Origin: Burkholderiaceae bacterium
Lineage (GTDB): Bacteria > Pseudomonadota > Gammaproteobacteria > Burkholderiales > Burkholderiaceae_E
Assembly (NCBI GenBank): GCA_044368415.1
Contig: JBIPLJ010000008.1
Location: forward strand, 15,338 to 79,337
Length of the DNA stretch: 64,000 nucleotides
Direction: 5' to 3'
Position numbers and translations under genes: made by a program. The stretch's first letter is position 1. Each line of letters starts with the position of its first letter. Below, piece by piece: positions 39,626 through 49,176 of the stretch. Under the pieces are notes generated by a model. The model saw only the letters and a program-made list of their open reading frames with translations. It made no database searches and had not been told where the DNA came from.

Positions 39626-40732
39626 ATGGTCTTAGACCTCCCCGGCGCGCGGTGCGCACGCGTTCGCGTGCGGCGCGTTCCCCGCTGTCTTGCGCATCTG
39701 CCGCTGTGCCTCGCGCTGGCGGCGGGCGGCGCCTGGGCGGACGACGGCGGCATCACCGCGGCCCCGCCGCCCACTGTCGTCACCGTCGATGCGGGCACAC
39801 TCATCCCCGCGGCGGCACCGTCCCTGTCGGAGGCGGTACGCCTCACCGAGCTCGGCAAGTACTTCGATCTTTCCGAGCCGCCGTCGCAAGACCTCGACAA
39901 GGCACGCGACCTGTACTGCCGGGCCGCCGCGCGCGGACATCCCGAAGCGGTGCAGCGGCTCGGCTGGCTCTACTTCAAGGGCCGCGGCGTGGCCGCCGAC
40001 GAGGCCGTCGCGGCGACGCTCTTCAAGTGGGCCGGGGCCCTCGGCGACAGCCGTGCCGCCGGCGCCTCGCGCGCAGTCGGTTCGCTGCCGGAAGTGCCAG
40101 CCCCGTGTCTGTCGCGACTGGGCGTGACCACGCTCGATGCGCTGCGCGCGCGCCAGCGCGCCGCCACACCGCCCGCCCTGCCCGCGCCTTCCGCGGTCAT
40201 CGACCGGCCGGTACAGTTCCGCACGACGCCGGCCCCCGCCGAGCAGCGCCGCATCGTCGCGATGGTCTTGCAGCATGCCCGCGCATTCCACCTCGATCCG
40301 CGCCTGGTGCTGGCGATCGTGCGCGCGGAGTCGAACTTCGACGCCGCGGCGCTGTCGCCGAAAAACGCACAGGGCCTCATGCAGCTGATCCCCGACACGG
40401 CACGACGCTTCTCGGTGGAGAACGCGTTCGATCCGATGGAGAACCTCAAGGGGGGCATGGCCTACGTGCGCTGGCTGCTCGCGTACTACCGCGGCGACGT
40501 GACGCTGACGCTGGCCGCCTACAACGCCGGCGAGGGCGCAGTCGACCGCTTTCGCGGCGTGCCGCCCTACGCCGAAACACTCTCCTACGTTCAGCGCATC
40601 CGTGCGTTCTACCCCTTCGACCGGCATCCGTATGACGCCCGCGCGCTCGCCGCAAGCGAGCGCTCCTGGATCGTGCACGACGTCGCGACTTCGAGTGGTG
40701 CAGGCGCCACGGGCATGACACGTTCCAGGTGA
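39626..40732 (+). CDS. Sel1-repeat / SLT-domain lytic transglycosylase fusion
   Basis: Signal peptide (LPLCLALAAGGAWA). Sel1 repeats (DKARDLYCRAAARGHPEAVQRLGWLYFKGRGVAADEAVAATLFKWAGALGD). SLT catalytic region (LVLAIVRAESNFDAAALSPKNAQGLMQLIPDTA.., LAAYNAGEGAVDRF). Start at ATG 39626. Confidence 0.75.
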   Translation: MVLDLPGARCARVRVRRVPRCLAHLPLCLALAAGGAWADDGGITAAPPPTVVTVDAGTLIPAAAPSLSEAVRLTELGKYFDLSEPPSQDLDKARDLYCRAAARGHPEAVQRLGWLYFKGRGVAADEAVAATLFKWAGALGDSRAAGASRAVGSLPEVPAPCLSRLGVTTLDALRARQRAATPPALPAPSAVIDRPVQFRTTPAPAEQRRIVAMVLQHARAFHLDPRLVLAIVRAESNFDAAALSPKNAQGLMQLIPDTARRFSVENAFDPMENLKGGMAYVRWLLAYYRGDVTLTLAAYNAGEGAVDRFRGVPPYAETLSYVQRIRAFYPFDRHPYDARALAASERSWIVHDVATSSGAGATGMTRSR

Positions 40733-40797
40733 ATTAGTACCGCGCCCGTCGGACCCAAGCGTCCGACAATCCTCGTTGAACGGGCACCCTCCACCGG

Positions 40798-40824
40798 TTG
40801 ACATACCGTGATCCTGCGATCACG
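40798..40824 (+). promoter_or_regulatory. Perfect TTGACA hexamer followed by a perfect 7-bp inverted repeat (operator-like) upstream of the EPS export operon
   Basis: TTGACA at 40798-40803, then CGTGATC (40807-40813)-ctgc-GATCACG (40818-40824). The site lies 46-72 nt upstream of the exporter ATG (40870). Confidence 0.35.
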
Positions 40825-40869
40825 TCGGTTAGAAGGGCGTCTTGCACCCGCCGCATTGGGAGTATCGGG

Positions 40870-41478
40870 ATGTTGCTGCGTCAATTCAGCCTCGCGCTCG
40901 TCGCGACGGTGGTTCTGCTCTCGGGCTGCGCGTCTGGAAGCCTGCCGCCGGCGCCCCAGAAGGCTGCCAGTGCGGGCTACCGCTACCAGATCGGCCCGGG
41001 CGACCAGCTCGAGATCAACGTCTGGCGCAATCCGGAGCTGTCCGCCAAGGTGCCGGTGCGCCCGGACGGCAAGATCACAACCCCGCTGATCGAGGACCTG
41101 CAGGCGGTCGGAAAAAACCCTGCAGACCTGGCACGCGAGATTGAGGCGCGCCTGGTCAAATACATCCGCGATCCGTCGGTCACGGTACTGGTGACCAGCT
41201 TCGTCGGCAACTCGACCGAACAGGTCCGCGTCGTGGGACAGGCGGCACGTCCGGCGGCCTTGCCCTACCGCCAGAACATGACGCTGCTGGACGTGATGAT
41301 CACGGTGGGCGGCATCACCGAGTTCGCAGCCGGCAATCGCGCCGTCCTGATCCGGCAAGCCGAGGGGAATCGCCAGTACAGCATCCGGCTCAAGGACCTG
41401 CTCAAGGGCGGCGACGTCAGCGCGAACGTCGAGGTGCTTCCGGGCGACGTGATCATGATTCCCGAAGGCCTTTTCTGA
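40870..41478 (+). CDS. Polysaccharide export protein (Wza/Poly_export + SLBB type), lipoprotein
   Basis: Lipobox VVLLSG-C. YRYQIGPGDQLEINVWRNPELSAKVPVRPDGKITTPLIEDLQAVGKNPADLAREIE..L.KYIRDPSVTV.. and a C-terminal SLBB-like region (GDVIMIPE). Confidence 0.85.
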   Translation: MLLRQFSLALVATVVLLSGCASGSLPPAPQKAASAGYRYQIGPGDQLEINVWRNPELSAKVPVRPDGKITTPLIEDLQAVGKNPADLAREIEARLVKYIRDPSVTVLVTSFVGNSTEQVRVVGQAARPAALPYRQNMTLLDVMITVGGITEFAAGNRAVLIRQAEGNRQYSIRLKDLLKGGDVSANVEVLPGDVIMIPEGLF

Positions 41479-41489
41479 GCGCCAACCTG

Positions 41490-43043
41490 ATGCTGGACCT
41501 GTTCACAACGAGACGGCCGATGCTCCTTGGCCTGTGGCGCTTCCGCTGGTCAGCGCTGGCGGCTGGGGTGGTCACGGGCGTCGTTGGCGCCGCCACAGTG
41601 ATGGCGCTGCCCGCCCGCTACGAAGCCAGCGCGCGTGTGTACGTCGACACGCAATCAATCCTCAAGCCGCTGATGCAGGGCCTCGTCGTCCAGCCGAACA
41701 TGGACACGCAGGTCTCGATGATGGCCAAGACCCTCATCAGCTTCCCGAACCTGGAGAAGGTCGTGTCGATGGCGGACCTCGATCACCGCACGACCCGACC
41801 CGGGCAGCGCGAGGAACTGATCCGCACGCTCAACAAGGACATCCAATTCCGGGCCGCAGGTGGCCAGAATCTCTACAGCATCACCTACCGCGCGGATTCG
41901 CCGCAGAACGCCAGCAAGGTGGTGCAGGCGCTGCTGTCGATCTTCATCGAATCGAACCTCGGCGACAAGCGCCGCGATTCCGACCAGGCGATCCGGTTCG
42001 TCGATGAGCAGCTCAAGCTCTACGAGAGCAAGCTGATCGAAGTCGAAAGCGCGTTGAAGGAATTCAAGATCCGCAACATGGACGTGATGCCGAACCTCGC
42101 ACAAGACGCGGTGGCCCGGAACACGGACCTACAGCGCGAACTCGACGCCGCGCGCCTCGAGATGCGCCAGCTAGACAACTCGCGCGATGCAATCCGCAGG
42201 CAGCTTTCGGATGAGAAGCCGTCGATCCTGTCGGCCTCGGCCGAGGCCTCCGGCGGGCTCGGACCGCGCGAGGGCGAGTCGCGTCTCGAGGCGGCGCGCA
42301 AGCGGCTCGACGAGCTGATGTCCCGTTTCACCGACGTCCATCCGGACGTCATCAACGCCCGGCGGATCGTCGCCGAGCTGGAAGAGCAGCAGGCGGCGCT
42401 GCGCCGCGCGGATGCCGCTTCTGCGCCCCGCACGCCTGGCATGACGGCGATCCCGAACAAGGTCTACCAGGACCTGAGGGTCTCCCTAGCCGACGTCGAG
42501 TCGAAGCTCGCAGCGGCGCGTGCACGCGCAAGCGAGGCCGAACGCCGCTACGAGCTGTCGCGCGCGGTCGCCAAGGCGATCCCGAAGGTCGAGGCCGAGT
42601 ACGTGCAGCTGACGCGCGAGTACGAGACCACGAAGAAGAGCCACGAGCAGCTGCTCTCGCGGCGCGAGTCGGCGCAGATCTCCGGGCGCATGGACAGCAG
42701 CGGCGTCGGCGAGATGCGGATCGTCGACCCGCCGCGCGCGACGCCCGCTCCAGTGAGCCCGAATCGCCCACTGTTGTTGATCGCGGTCCTGGTCATGTCG
42801 CTCGGAATCGGCATCGGCCTCGCAGCTCTGCGCGACCGGCTCGATCCGGTGTTCTTCGACGCACAATCGCTTCGAACACATTCGCAAGCCCCCCTGCTCG
42901 GCACGGTCGGCATGGTGATGGACGCTCACGCCGAGGCGTCGGAGCGGCGCGACCGCCTGCGCTTCGCCGGGTCGGTGTCGCTCTTTGCTCTGCTGTTCCT
43001 CACCGCTGCGGCCGTCTCGGCCCTCCTGAACTCCGGCCGCTGA
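41490..43043 (+). CDS. Polysaccharide chain-length determinant (Wzz/PCP family, PEP-CTERM-locus type)
   Basis: N-terminal TM (WSALAAGVVTGVVGAATVMAL), YEASARVYVD motif, long coiled-coil periplasmic region, C-terminal TM helices; 517 aa. Confidence 0.85.
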   Translation: MLDLFTTRRPMLLGLWRFRWSALAAGVVTGVVGAATVMALPARYEASARVYVDTQSILKPLMQGLVVQPNMDTQVSMMAKTLISFPNLEKVVSMADLDHRTTRPGQREELIRTLNKDIQFRAAGGQNLYSITYRADSPQNASKVVQALLSIFIESNLGDKRRDSDQAIRFVDEQLKLYESKLIEVESALKEFKIRNMDVMPNLAQDAVARNTDLQRELDAARLEMRQLDNSRDAIRRQLSDEKPSILSASAEASGGLGPREGESRLEAARKRLDELMSRFTDVHPDVINARRIVAELEEQQAALRRADAASAPRTPGMTAIPNKVYQDLRVSLADVESKLAAARARASEAERRYELSRAVAKAIPKVEAEYVQLTREYETTKKSHEQLLSRRESAQISGRMDSSGVGEMRIVDPPRATPAPVSPNRPLLLIAVLVMSLGIGIGLAALRDRLDPVFFDAQSLRTHSQAPLLGTVGMVMDAHAEASERRDRLRFAGSVSLFALLFLTAAAVSALLNSGR

Positions 43044-43056
43044 TTTCTGGACACCG

Positions 43057-44052
43057 ATGAACCTCCTCGAACGCGCGATCGTCCAGCTCGGTGGGTCCGA
43101 CGCCTCCGACGTCTCCGGAGTCCGGCCACCAGGCGCCCCTCGGCGCAGCACGGAAGAGCCAGAAGTCGGTCCCACTGATGCTGCTGGCGCCGCCGATCCG
43201 GTGCCGCGGCTGCGGCCCGTACCGCGGATTGCATCGCATGAGGACATCGTCCTCCCGCCGAAGCCACGCCGGCCAGAGCGGGGGGGCGAACCGTCGAAGG
43301 TCGCGGGCGGCCCGATCCGGCTGGACGACGCGCGCCTGGCATCGCGCGGCTTCCTGTCGCCGTCGGCGAGCGGCACCCGACTCTCGAGCGAGTTCAGGAG
43401 CATCAAGCGTCCCCTGCTCGGCAATGCGTTCGGCCGAGATCGCGAGGCCGTCGAGAACGGTCGACGAATCATGGTATCCAGCGCCTACCCCGACGAGGGC
43501 AAGAGTTTCTGCGCGATCAACCTCGCGCTGAGCATCGCCGCCGAGCGCGACCAGAGCGTGTTGCTGGTGGATGCCGACGTGGCCCGACCGTCGCTGCCCG
43601 GCCTGCTCGAATTCGAGCCGGGCGCCGGACTGATCGACCTGATCCTCGATCCGGACGGCGACCTCGAGCGGTTCGTGCGACCGACCTCGATCGACAAGCT
43701 GTCGATCCTGAGCGCGGGCCGCATGCACGCCCAAGCGACCGAGCTCATCGCAAGCGATGCGATGGCGCGCGTGCTCTCCGACCTGACCGATCGCTTCCCG
43801 GACCGCGTGATCGTTTTCGACTCGCCGCCGTTGCTGATGACGACCGAATCGCGCGTGCTCGCCAGCCACATGGGCCAGGTGGTGCTCGTCGTGGCCTCGG
43901 GCTCGACCCCGCGCGCGGCGGTCACGGAAGCCCTCGAGGCCGTCCAGGCAGTCCCAGTGGTCGGCCTCGTCTTCAACAAGTCGCGCATCCAACAGTCGGG
44001 CGCGGCCTACGGCTACCGCTACGGGTACGGACATGATGCGAAGAAGCCCTGA
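43057..44052 (+). CDS. Tyrosine autokinase (BY-kinase catalytic subunit, separate polypeptide)
   Basis: Walker A SSAYPDEGKSF, Walker A' LLVDADVARPSL, Walker B VIVFDSPPLL, C-terminal Tyr cluster AAYGYRYGYGHD. Confidence 0.8.
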   Translation: MNLLERAIVQLGGSDASDVSGVRPPGAPRRSTEEPEVGPTDAAGAADPVPRLRPVPRIASHEDIVLPPKPRRPERGGEPSKVAGGPIRLDDARLASRGFLSPSASGTRLSSEFRSIKRPLLGNAFGRDREAVENGRRIMVSSAYPDEGKSFCAINLALSIAAERDQSVLLVDADVARPSLPGLLEFEPGAGLIDLILDPDGDLERFVRPTSIDKLSILSAGRMHAQATELIASDAMARVLSDLTDRFPDRVIVFDSPPLLMTTESRVLASHMGQVVLVVASGSTPRAAVTEALEAVQAVPVVGLVFNKSRIQQSGAAYGYRYGYGHDAKKP

Positions 44053-45679
44053 GCGCCGGCCGCCGGCGTCGCTGCGACGGACGGTACTCGAATCGGCGCT
44101 GGCCTCGGCATTGCTCGCCTCAGGGGCGCTGGCCACATGGAACCCTGCCGCGGCCCAGCCGCGGCCTGCGTCGCAAGATGCGGCGCCTACCGCGCCGGGC
44201 ACCCCGACCGAGGCGCCCGCCGAGCCGACCGACCGCGAGCGCTCGGCCTCCGGTCAGCCGCTGCGCCCGTACACGATTCAGCCCGGCATTGCCGCGCGCT
44301 ACTCGTGGAGCGACAACATCGACCTGCGCGGCCGCGGCCGCGAAGTGTCTGGCTCGATTCTCGAGGTGGCGCCCTTCGTGCGCGCGGACCTCGCAACCGC
44401 CCGTGGCTACGGATCGCTCAACTATGCGGTGCGCGGACTCAAGTACTACGGCAGCGAGCTCTACGACCGCGACATCCGCCACGATCTTCGCGCGGCCGCC
44501 GACGTCGATCTCGCCGGCGACTCACTGCGCCTGGCCGCCGTCGCGCAGCGCTTCGACATCTCGCGCAGCGCGTTCGGGGTGGGCTCGTTCGACCCGGCGG
44601 CTCGCGGCTCGGACCGAACCACCTACACGCGACTCGACCTGTCGCCCTACTCGATCGGCCGGCTGACCGGTTCAACCGACTACGAATTGCGCTATCGCTT
44701 GAGCTACGTCGACCCGGGCACCGGCTACGCGAGCAACGTCGTGAACGGCGTGTCCGGTGAGCTGGGCTCCGTGATCGGCCAGAGCCGAATGGGCTGGCTG
44801 GTTCGCGGCGACGCGTTCATCTCGTCGTACGACTCCGGCTTCGACTACCGGAACACGCTCGTGGAGGTGCTCGGCACGTATGCGCCGGTGCCGACCCTAC
44901 GACTGGCGGCCGGCGTGAACCACGCGAGCAACGACCAGCTGGCCAACGCCGATGGCAAGCGGTCCGGAGTGGGGCCGAGCCTCGGTCTGCAGTGGACTCC
45001 GAACCTGCAGTCGCAGCTCGCGGCGCGCTGGTCGCGCACGTACTACGGCGACATCGCGCGGGTGCAGGCGACCTACGTCGTCGGCCGCCTGCGACTCGGT
45101 GCCACGTACGACCGGGGCATCCGAGACGGTAACCAGGCGAGCGTGCTGTACTACGATCCGCTGCGCCTGTTCGTCGGCGCGAACGGACGCCCTTTGGGCA
45201 CCAGCGTCATTCCAGTGCCCGGCGCGCTCGAAGTCGGCGCCGGTGCGGGTGCGCCGCTGGTGTCCGCCGGCGTGCAGAGCCCGATCGTCGAGTCCGATGC
45301 GCTGGTCGGCACCCTCAATTACGCGGGCGCCCGAAGCGGGGTGCTCTTCACCGTCTACGCGACTGGGCAGCGATCCGCGCTTGTCGTGCCGGGCTTCGCC
45401 GGGGTGCAGCCGCTCGAGCAGCGCGGCATGTTTGCGCGCTATGCGTACCGGCTCGACACGGCCTATACGATCTCGACCGACCTGCGGGTGCAGGAGTCTG
45501 AGACGCCCGGCACCGATGCGCGCTCGACACTCACCAGCGTCGGCCTCGAACTGCGCACGCGCCTCGGTCGCCAGGCGATCGGCTCGATCGGCGTGCGTGC
45601 CAACCGGCAGCGGGGCAGCGCCGGGACGCCTGAGTACGACGAGCGGGGCGTGGGCGGTGGGCTCGAGTACCGGTTCTGA
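44033..45679 (+). CDS. PEP-CTERM-system-associated outer-membrane beta-barrel protein (putative)
   Basis: Signal peptide (SALASALLASGALA), alternating Tyr/Gly/Arg-rich beta-strand-like pattern throughout, and a C-terminal ..GGGLEYRF ending in Phe, as in OMP beta-barrels. Overlaps the kinase gene by 20 nt. Confidence 0.6.
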   Translation: MMRRSPERRPPASLRRTVLESALASALLASGALATWNPAAAQPRPASQDAAPTAPGTPTEAPAEPTDRERSASGQPLRPYTIQPGIAARYSWSDNIDLRGRGREVSGSILEVAPFVRADLATARGYGSLNYAVRGLKYYGSELYDRDIRHDLRAAADVDLAGDSLRLAAVAQRFDISRSAFGVGSFDPAARGSDRTTYTRLDLSPYSIGRLTGSTDYELRYRLSYVDPGTGYASNVVNGVSGELGSVIGQSRMGWLVRGDAFISSYDSGFDYRNTLVEVLGTYAPVPTLRLAAGVNHASNDQLANADGKRSGVGPSLGLQWTPNLQSQLAARWSRTYYGDIARVQATYVVGRLRLGATYDRGIRDGNQASVLYYDPLRLFVGANGRPLGTSVIPVPGALEVGAGAGAPLVSAGVQSPIVESDALVGTLNYAGARSGVLFTVYATGQRSALVVPGFAGVQPLEQRGMFARYAYRLDTAYTISTDLRVQESETPGTDARSTLTSVGLELRTRLGRQAIGSIGVRANRQRGSAGTPEYDERGVGGGLEYRF

Positions 45680-45733
45680 CACGCGGCGCCCAGCCGGCCT
45701 TCGAACGCCGTCGCGCCGTGCGGAGCCTCGTCC

Positions 45734-47218
45734 GTGAGCGTGGGCCTCGCTCGACACGTCTCCAATCTGTCCGCCGCGAACCTGCTGACCACCGTCGCGG
45801 GGCTGGTGTCGTTCCCGATCCTGACACGGCTCCTGTCGGTGGAAGACTACGGGGTGATGAACCTAGTCGCCACGCTGCTTGCCTTCGCGGTCGCAGCAGG
45901 CAAACTCGGCGTGCAGCACGCAAGCCTGCGCTTCCACGGCGACGCCCGGCGCGAGCAGGGCGAGGACGGCATCCGCACCTGGGCAGCGACGGTGGTGGTC
46001 GGCATGGCCCTGACCGGCGCGGCGGTCACCGTGACATGGTCGATCGTGGTCGCACTCGCCCCCGAGGACGTCTGGACCGACGCACGCATGCGCGGGCTGC
46101 TGCTGCTGACCGCGTCGCTGCTGCTGCTGCGCACGATCGAGAGCGCGCTCACCAGCCTGCTGCGCGCCCGGGAGGAGACCGGCGCCATCGCGCTGTTCGC
46201 GGTCGCGCGGCGCTGGCTGCTGCTGGTGGCGACCCTCGGAGCACTGCTGCTCTTGTCTCGCACGCTCTGGGCGTTCTTCGGCGCGACCCTCGTCGTGGAG
46301 CTGATCGCGGTCCTAGGGCTGTTCGCATGGGTGCGACGTCGTGTGCCGATCGCGGCGTCGGCAGCCCACATGCCGACCTACCGGGCGATGCTGGCGTACG
46401 GTCTGCCGATGATCGGCGTCGAACTGGCCACGGTCGTCCTGACCATGGGCGACCGATACCTGATCCAACGGCTGCTCGACGCCGAACAGCTCGGGCTGTA
46501 TACCGCGGCCTACAACCTGTGCGACTACGTGCGGATCGTCGCGCTCGCAGGCATCGTCCAAGCGCTGCTGCCGAGTGTGCTTCGGACCTGGTCCGACGAG
46601 GGCCCCGAGGCGACTGCGACGCTGCTGTCGAAGGTGAGCCGCAGCTACGCGCTGATTGCGTTTCCGACGGTCTCCGGCGTCGCTGCGGTCGCCGACGTCC
46701 TCCTCCCGCTGCTCGCCTCCGAGAAGTACGCCAACGGCGCGCGGATCGTGCCGTGGGTGATGGCCGGCATGGCCTTCGAGACCTATGTGACGATCGCCGC
46801 GGTGGGTCTGCTCATCCGCAAGCGCACGCCCGCAATGATGGCGGTGCTGCTGGCCTCGGCGGTGTTGAACATCGCGCTGAACCTTGCCTGGATTCCACGC
46901 TGGGGCATCTCGGGATCGGCCGCCGCCACGCTCGCGAGCTACGTGCTCGTGGTGGTCGCGACCCGCTGGATCGGTCGCGACGTCGTGCGGCCTCCGATAC
47001 CCTGGGGACCCATCGCGGTACATGCCGGGGCCGCTGCGGCGATGCACGCCGCGGTCTCAGGCATCGATGCCGGGGGCATGGTCGCGACGCTGGTGGTGCG
47101 CGTGCTCGCCGGCGCGACGCTGTATGCGGTGATCGTCGCCGCCGCCGACCCGCAGGCGCGCCGCTTTGGCCTGCAGGCGCTCGGGCGCCTCGGGCGCCTT
47201 GGACGCGCGATCCGATGA
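45734..47218 (+). CDS. Wzx-like oligosaccharide flippase (polysaccharide biosynthesis protein, MOP superfamily)
   Basis: 494 aa, about 12-14 hydrophobic helices. N-terminus NLSAANLLTTVAGLVSFPILTRLLSVEDYGVMNLV is typical of Wzx/RfbX proteins. GTG start at 45734. Confidence 0.8.
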   Translation: MSVGLARHVSNLSAANLLTTVAGLVSFPILTRLLSVEDYGVMNLVATLLAFAVAAGKLGVQHASLRFHGDARREQGEDGIRTWAATVVVGMALTGAAVTVTWSIVVALAPEDVWTDARMRGLLLLTASLLLLRTIESALTSLLRAREETGAIALFAVARRWLLLVATLGALLLLSRTLWAFFGATLVVELIAVLGLFAWVRRRVPIAASAAHMPTYRAMLAYGLPMIGVELATVVLTMGDRYLIQRLLDAEQLGLYTAAYNLCDYVRIVALAGIVQALLPSVLRTWSDEGPEATATLLSKVSRSYALIAFPTVSGVAAVADVLLPLLASEKYANGARIVPWVMAGMAFETYVTIAAVGLLIRKRTPAMMAVLLASAVLNIALNLAWIPRWGISGSAAATLASYVLVVVATRWIGRDVVRPPIPWGPIAVHAGAAAAMHAAVSGIDAGGMVATLVVRVLAGATLYAVIVAAADPQARRFGLQALGRLGRLGRAIR

Positions 47219-47994
47219 TCTCCACGACCCCGACCTGCGTGCTGATGTACCACGCGACGCCCGCCCCCGGCGTCGTCGCCACGGGGCACGATCCGCACTA
47301 TGCGGTCGACCTCGAGGCGCTCGCCCGTCACCTGGATCTAGCCCGGGGTTGTGGGCTCGCAATCCTCCACGTGCGCGCCGCTGCCACCGACCCGCGCCCG
47401 GTCTGCGCATTGACGTTCGACGACGGACACGCGAGCAACGCCGAGGCCGCCGCGCTGCTGGTCGCGCGCGGCGCATCCGCGGATTTTTTCGTCAACACCT
47501 CCGACGTCGGCGGCCGGGATCGCCTCGACTGGTCCGCCCTGCGCGAGATGGCCTCGGCGGGCATGTCGATCCAATCGCACGGCCACACACACCGCCATTT
47601 CGACTCGCTCGATCCGGCCGAGATCCGCGACGAGCTGCACCGGTCCAAGCACGACATCGAGCAGGCGATCGGGCAGCCGGTGCTGCTATTCGCGCCCCCG
47701 GGCGGTCGGCTGAGACCCGAGGTCGCGACGATCGCACGCGAGCTGGGCTACGAAGGGATCTGCTCGTCGCGTCCGGGCGCCTGGCAGCGCGAGACGGGCG
47801 TCGCCGACGTACCTCGGTTCGCGGTCCTCGCGGGCACCGCCGACGCGCAGCTCGAACGCTGGCTGCGCGCCGACGCCGCAGAACTGCGACGCGCGCGGCT
47901 GCGCAAGGGCGCGCTGGACCTCGGCAAGCGCCTGCTCGGCCCGGGCCTCTACGAGCGGCTGCGGGCGGCGGCCGTCGCCGCCGGAGGTCGCTGA
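47215..47994 (+). CDS. Polysaccharide deacetylase (NodB homology domain)
   Basis: LTFDDGHASN (Asp-Asp motif), SIQSHGHTHRH (His-His motif), LFAPPGG. ATGA overlap with the flippase stop. Confidence 0.8.
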   Translation: MISTTPTCVLMYHATPAPGVVATGHDPHYAVDLEALARHLDLARGCGLAILHVRAAATDPRPVCALTFDDGHASNAEAAALLVARGASADFFVNTSDVGGRDRLDWSALREMASAGMSIQSHGHTHRHFDSLDPAEIRDELHRSKHDIEQAIGQPVLLFAPPGGRLRPEVATIARELGYEGICSSRPGAWQRETGVADVPRFAVLAGTADAQLERWLRADAAELRRARLRKGALDLGKRLLGPGLYERLRAAAVAAGGR

Positions 47995-47996
47995 GC

Positions 47997-49163
47997 GTGC
48001 TCGAAACCGTGTTCGTCGCCGCCGGCCTGCTGGTCGGGTACACCTATGTCGGCTACCCGCTGCTGCTGCGCGTACTCGTCCGCATGCGGGGTCGCGGGAC
48101 CGCGCACGGCGACGCGCAGCCGCCGGTCGCCATCGTTGTGGTCGCCTACGACGAGGCGGATCGGATCGCCGCGAAGGTGCGCACCTGCCTCGGGCAGGAC
48201 TATCCGGCCGACCGGCTGCGCGTCGTCGTGGTGTCCGATGGCTCGACCGATGCAACCATCGAACATGCGCTCGCTGAGGGAGGTGACCGCGTGCAGGCGG
48301 TGGCGTTCGAGCGCCGCAGGGGCAAGGCCGCCTGCCTCAACGACGTGGTGCCGGCCTGTCCCGAGCCGATCATCGTGCTCACCGACGTGCGCCAGCGGCT
48401 GTCGCAAGACGCGGTCGCGCGGCTGGTCGCCGCGCTCGGGGATCCGAGCGTCGGCGCCGTCGGCGGCGCGCTGGTGCTCGAAACCGAAGGCGGCGGCTTC
48501 GGCCAGAGCATCGACGCCTACTGGCGCTACGAGACCGCGATCCGCCGCGCTGAGAGCGCGCTGTATTCGAGCGTCGGCGTCAGCGGCGCGCTGTATGCGA
48601 TACGCCGGTCAGTGTTCAGGACGATCCCGCCCGACACCGTGCTCGACGACGTGCTGATACCGATGCAGGTCGTGGCCGACGGCCACCGTGTGCTGTTCGA
48701 GGACGGCGCCCGGGCCTTCGACCGCCCGGCCGCCAGCGCTGACGGGGAGCGCGCACGCAAGACCCGGACCCTCGCCGGCAACTTCCAGCTGCTGGCAGCG
48801 CACCCGTGGCTGCTGTCGCCGCGCCGCAATCCGCTGTTCCTGCAGTTCGTGTCGCACAAGGTTCTGCGGCTGGTGGTGCCGGCCGCGCTGGTTGCGATGC
48901 TGCTCGCGAGCGCGGCGCTTGCGCCCGGGCGGCCGTTCTGGATCATCGTGCTCGCGCTACAGCTGGCCGGGTACCTGCTGCCGCTCGCGATCCGTCTGTC
49001 GCCGTCCCTCGCCCGCCTGCGGGCCGTCCGGCTCGCGGCCGCCTTCGTCGTCCTAAACTCGTTTGTCGTGCTCGGCCTGATCGCCTTCCTGCGCTCCGGG
49101 GAAACGCACCTGTGGCAAGTGACCCGCATGCCACCCCCGTCCCCGGACGGGCAGGACCACTGA
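47997..49163 (+). CDS. Family 2 glycosyltransferase, membrane-anchored (processive-synthase-like topology)
   Basis: N-terminal TM, VAIVVVAYDEADRI, VVVVSDGSTD (DxD-like), C-terminal TM helices. GTG 47997 has GGAGG 10 nt upstream. Confidence 0.85.
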   Translation: MLETVFVAAGLLVGYTYVGYPLLLRVLVRMRGRGTAHGDAQPPVAIVVVAYDEADRIAAKVRTCLGQDYPADRLRVVVVSDGSTDATIEHALAEGGDRVQAVAFERRRGKAACLNDVVPACPEPIIVLTDVRQRLSQDAVARLVAALGDPSVGAVGGALVLETEGGGFGQSIDAYWRYETAIRRAESALYSSVGVSGALYAIRRSVFRTIPPDTVLDDVLIPMQVVADGHRVLFEDGARAFDRPAASADGERARKTRTLAGNFQLLAAHPWLLSPRRNPLFLQFVSHKVLRLVVPAALVAMLLASAALAPGRPFWIIVLALQLAGYLLPLAIRLSPSLARLRAVRLAAAFVVLNSFVVLGLIAFLRSGETHLWQVTRMPPPSPDGQDH

Positions 49164-49176
49164 ACGACCGCCCCCG

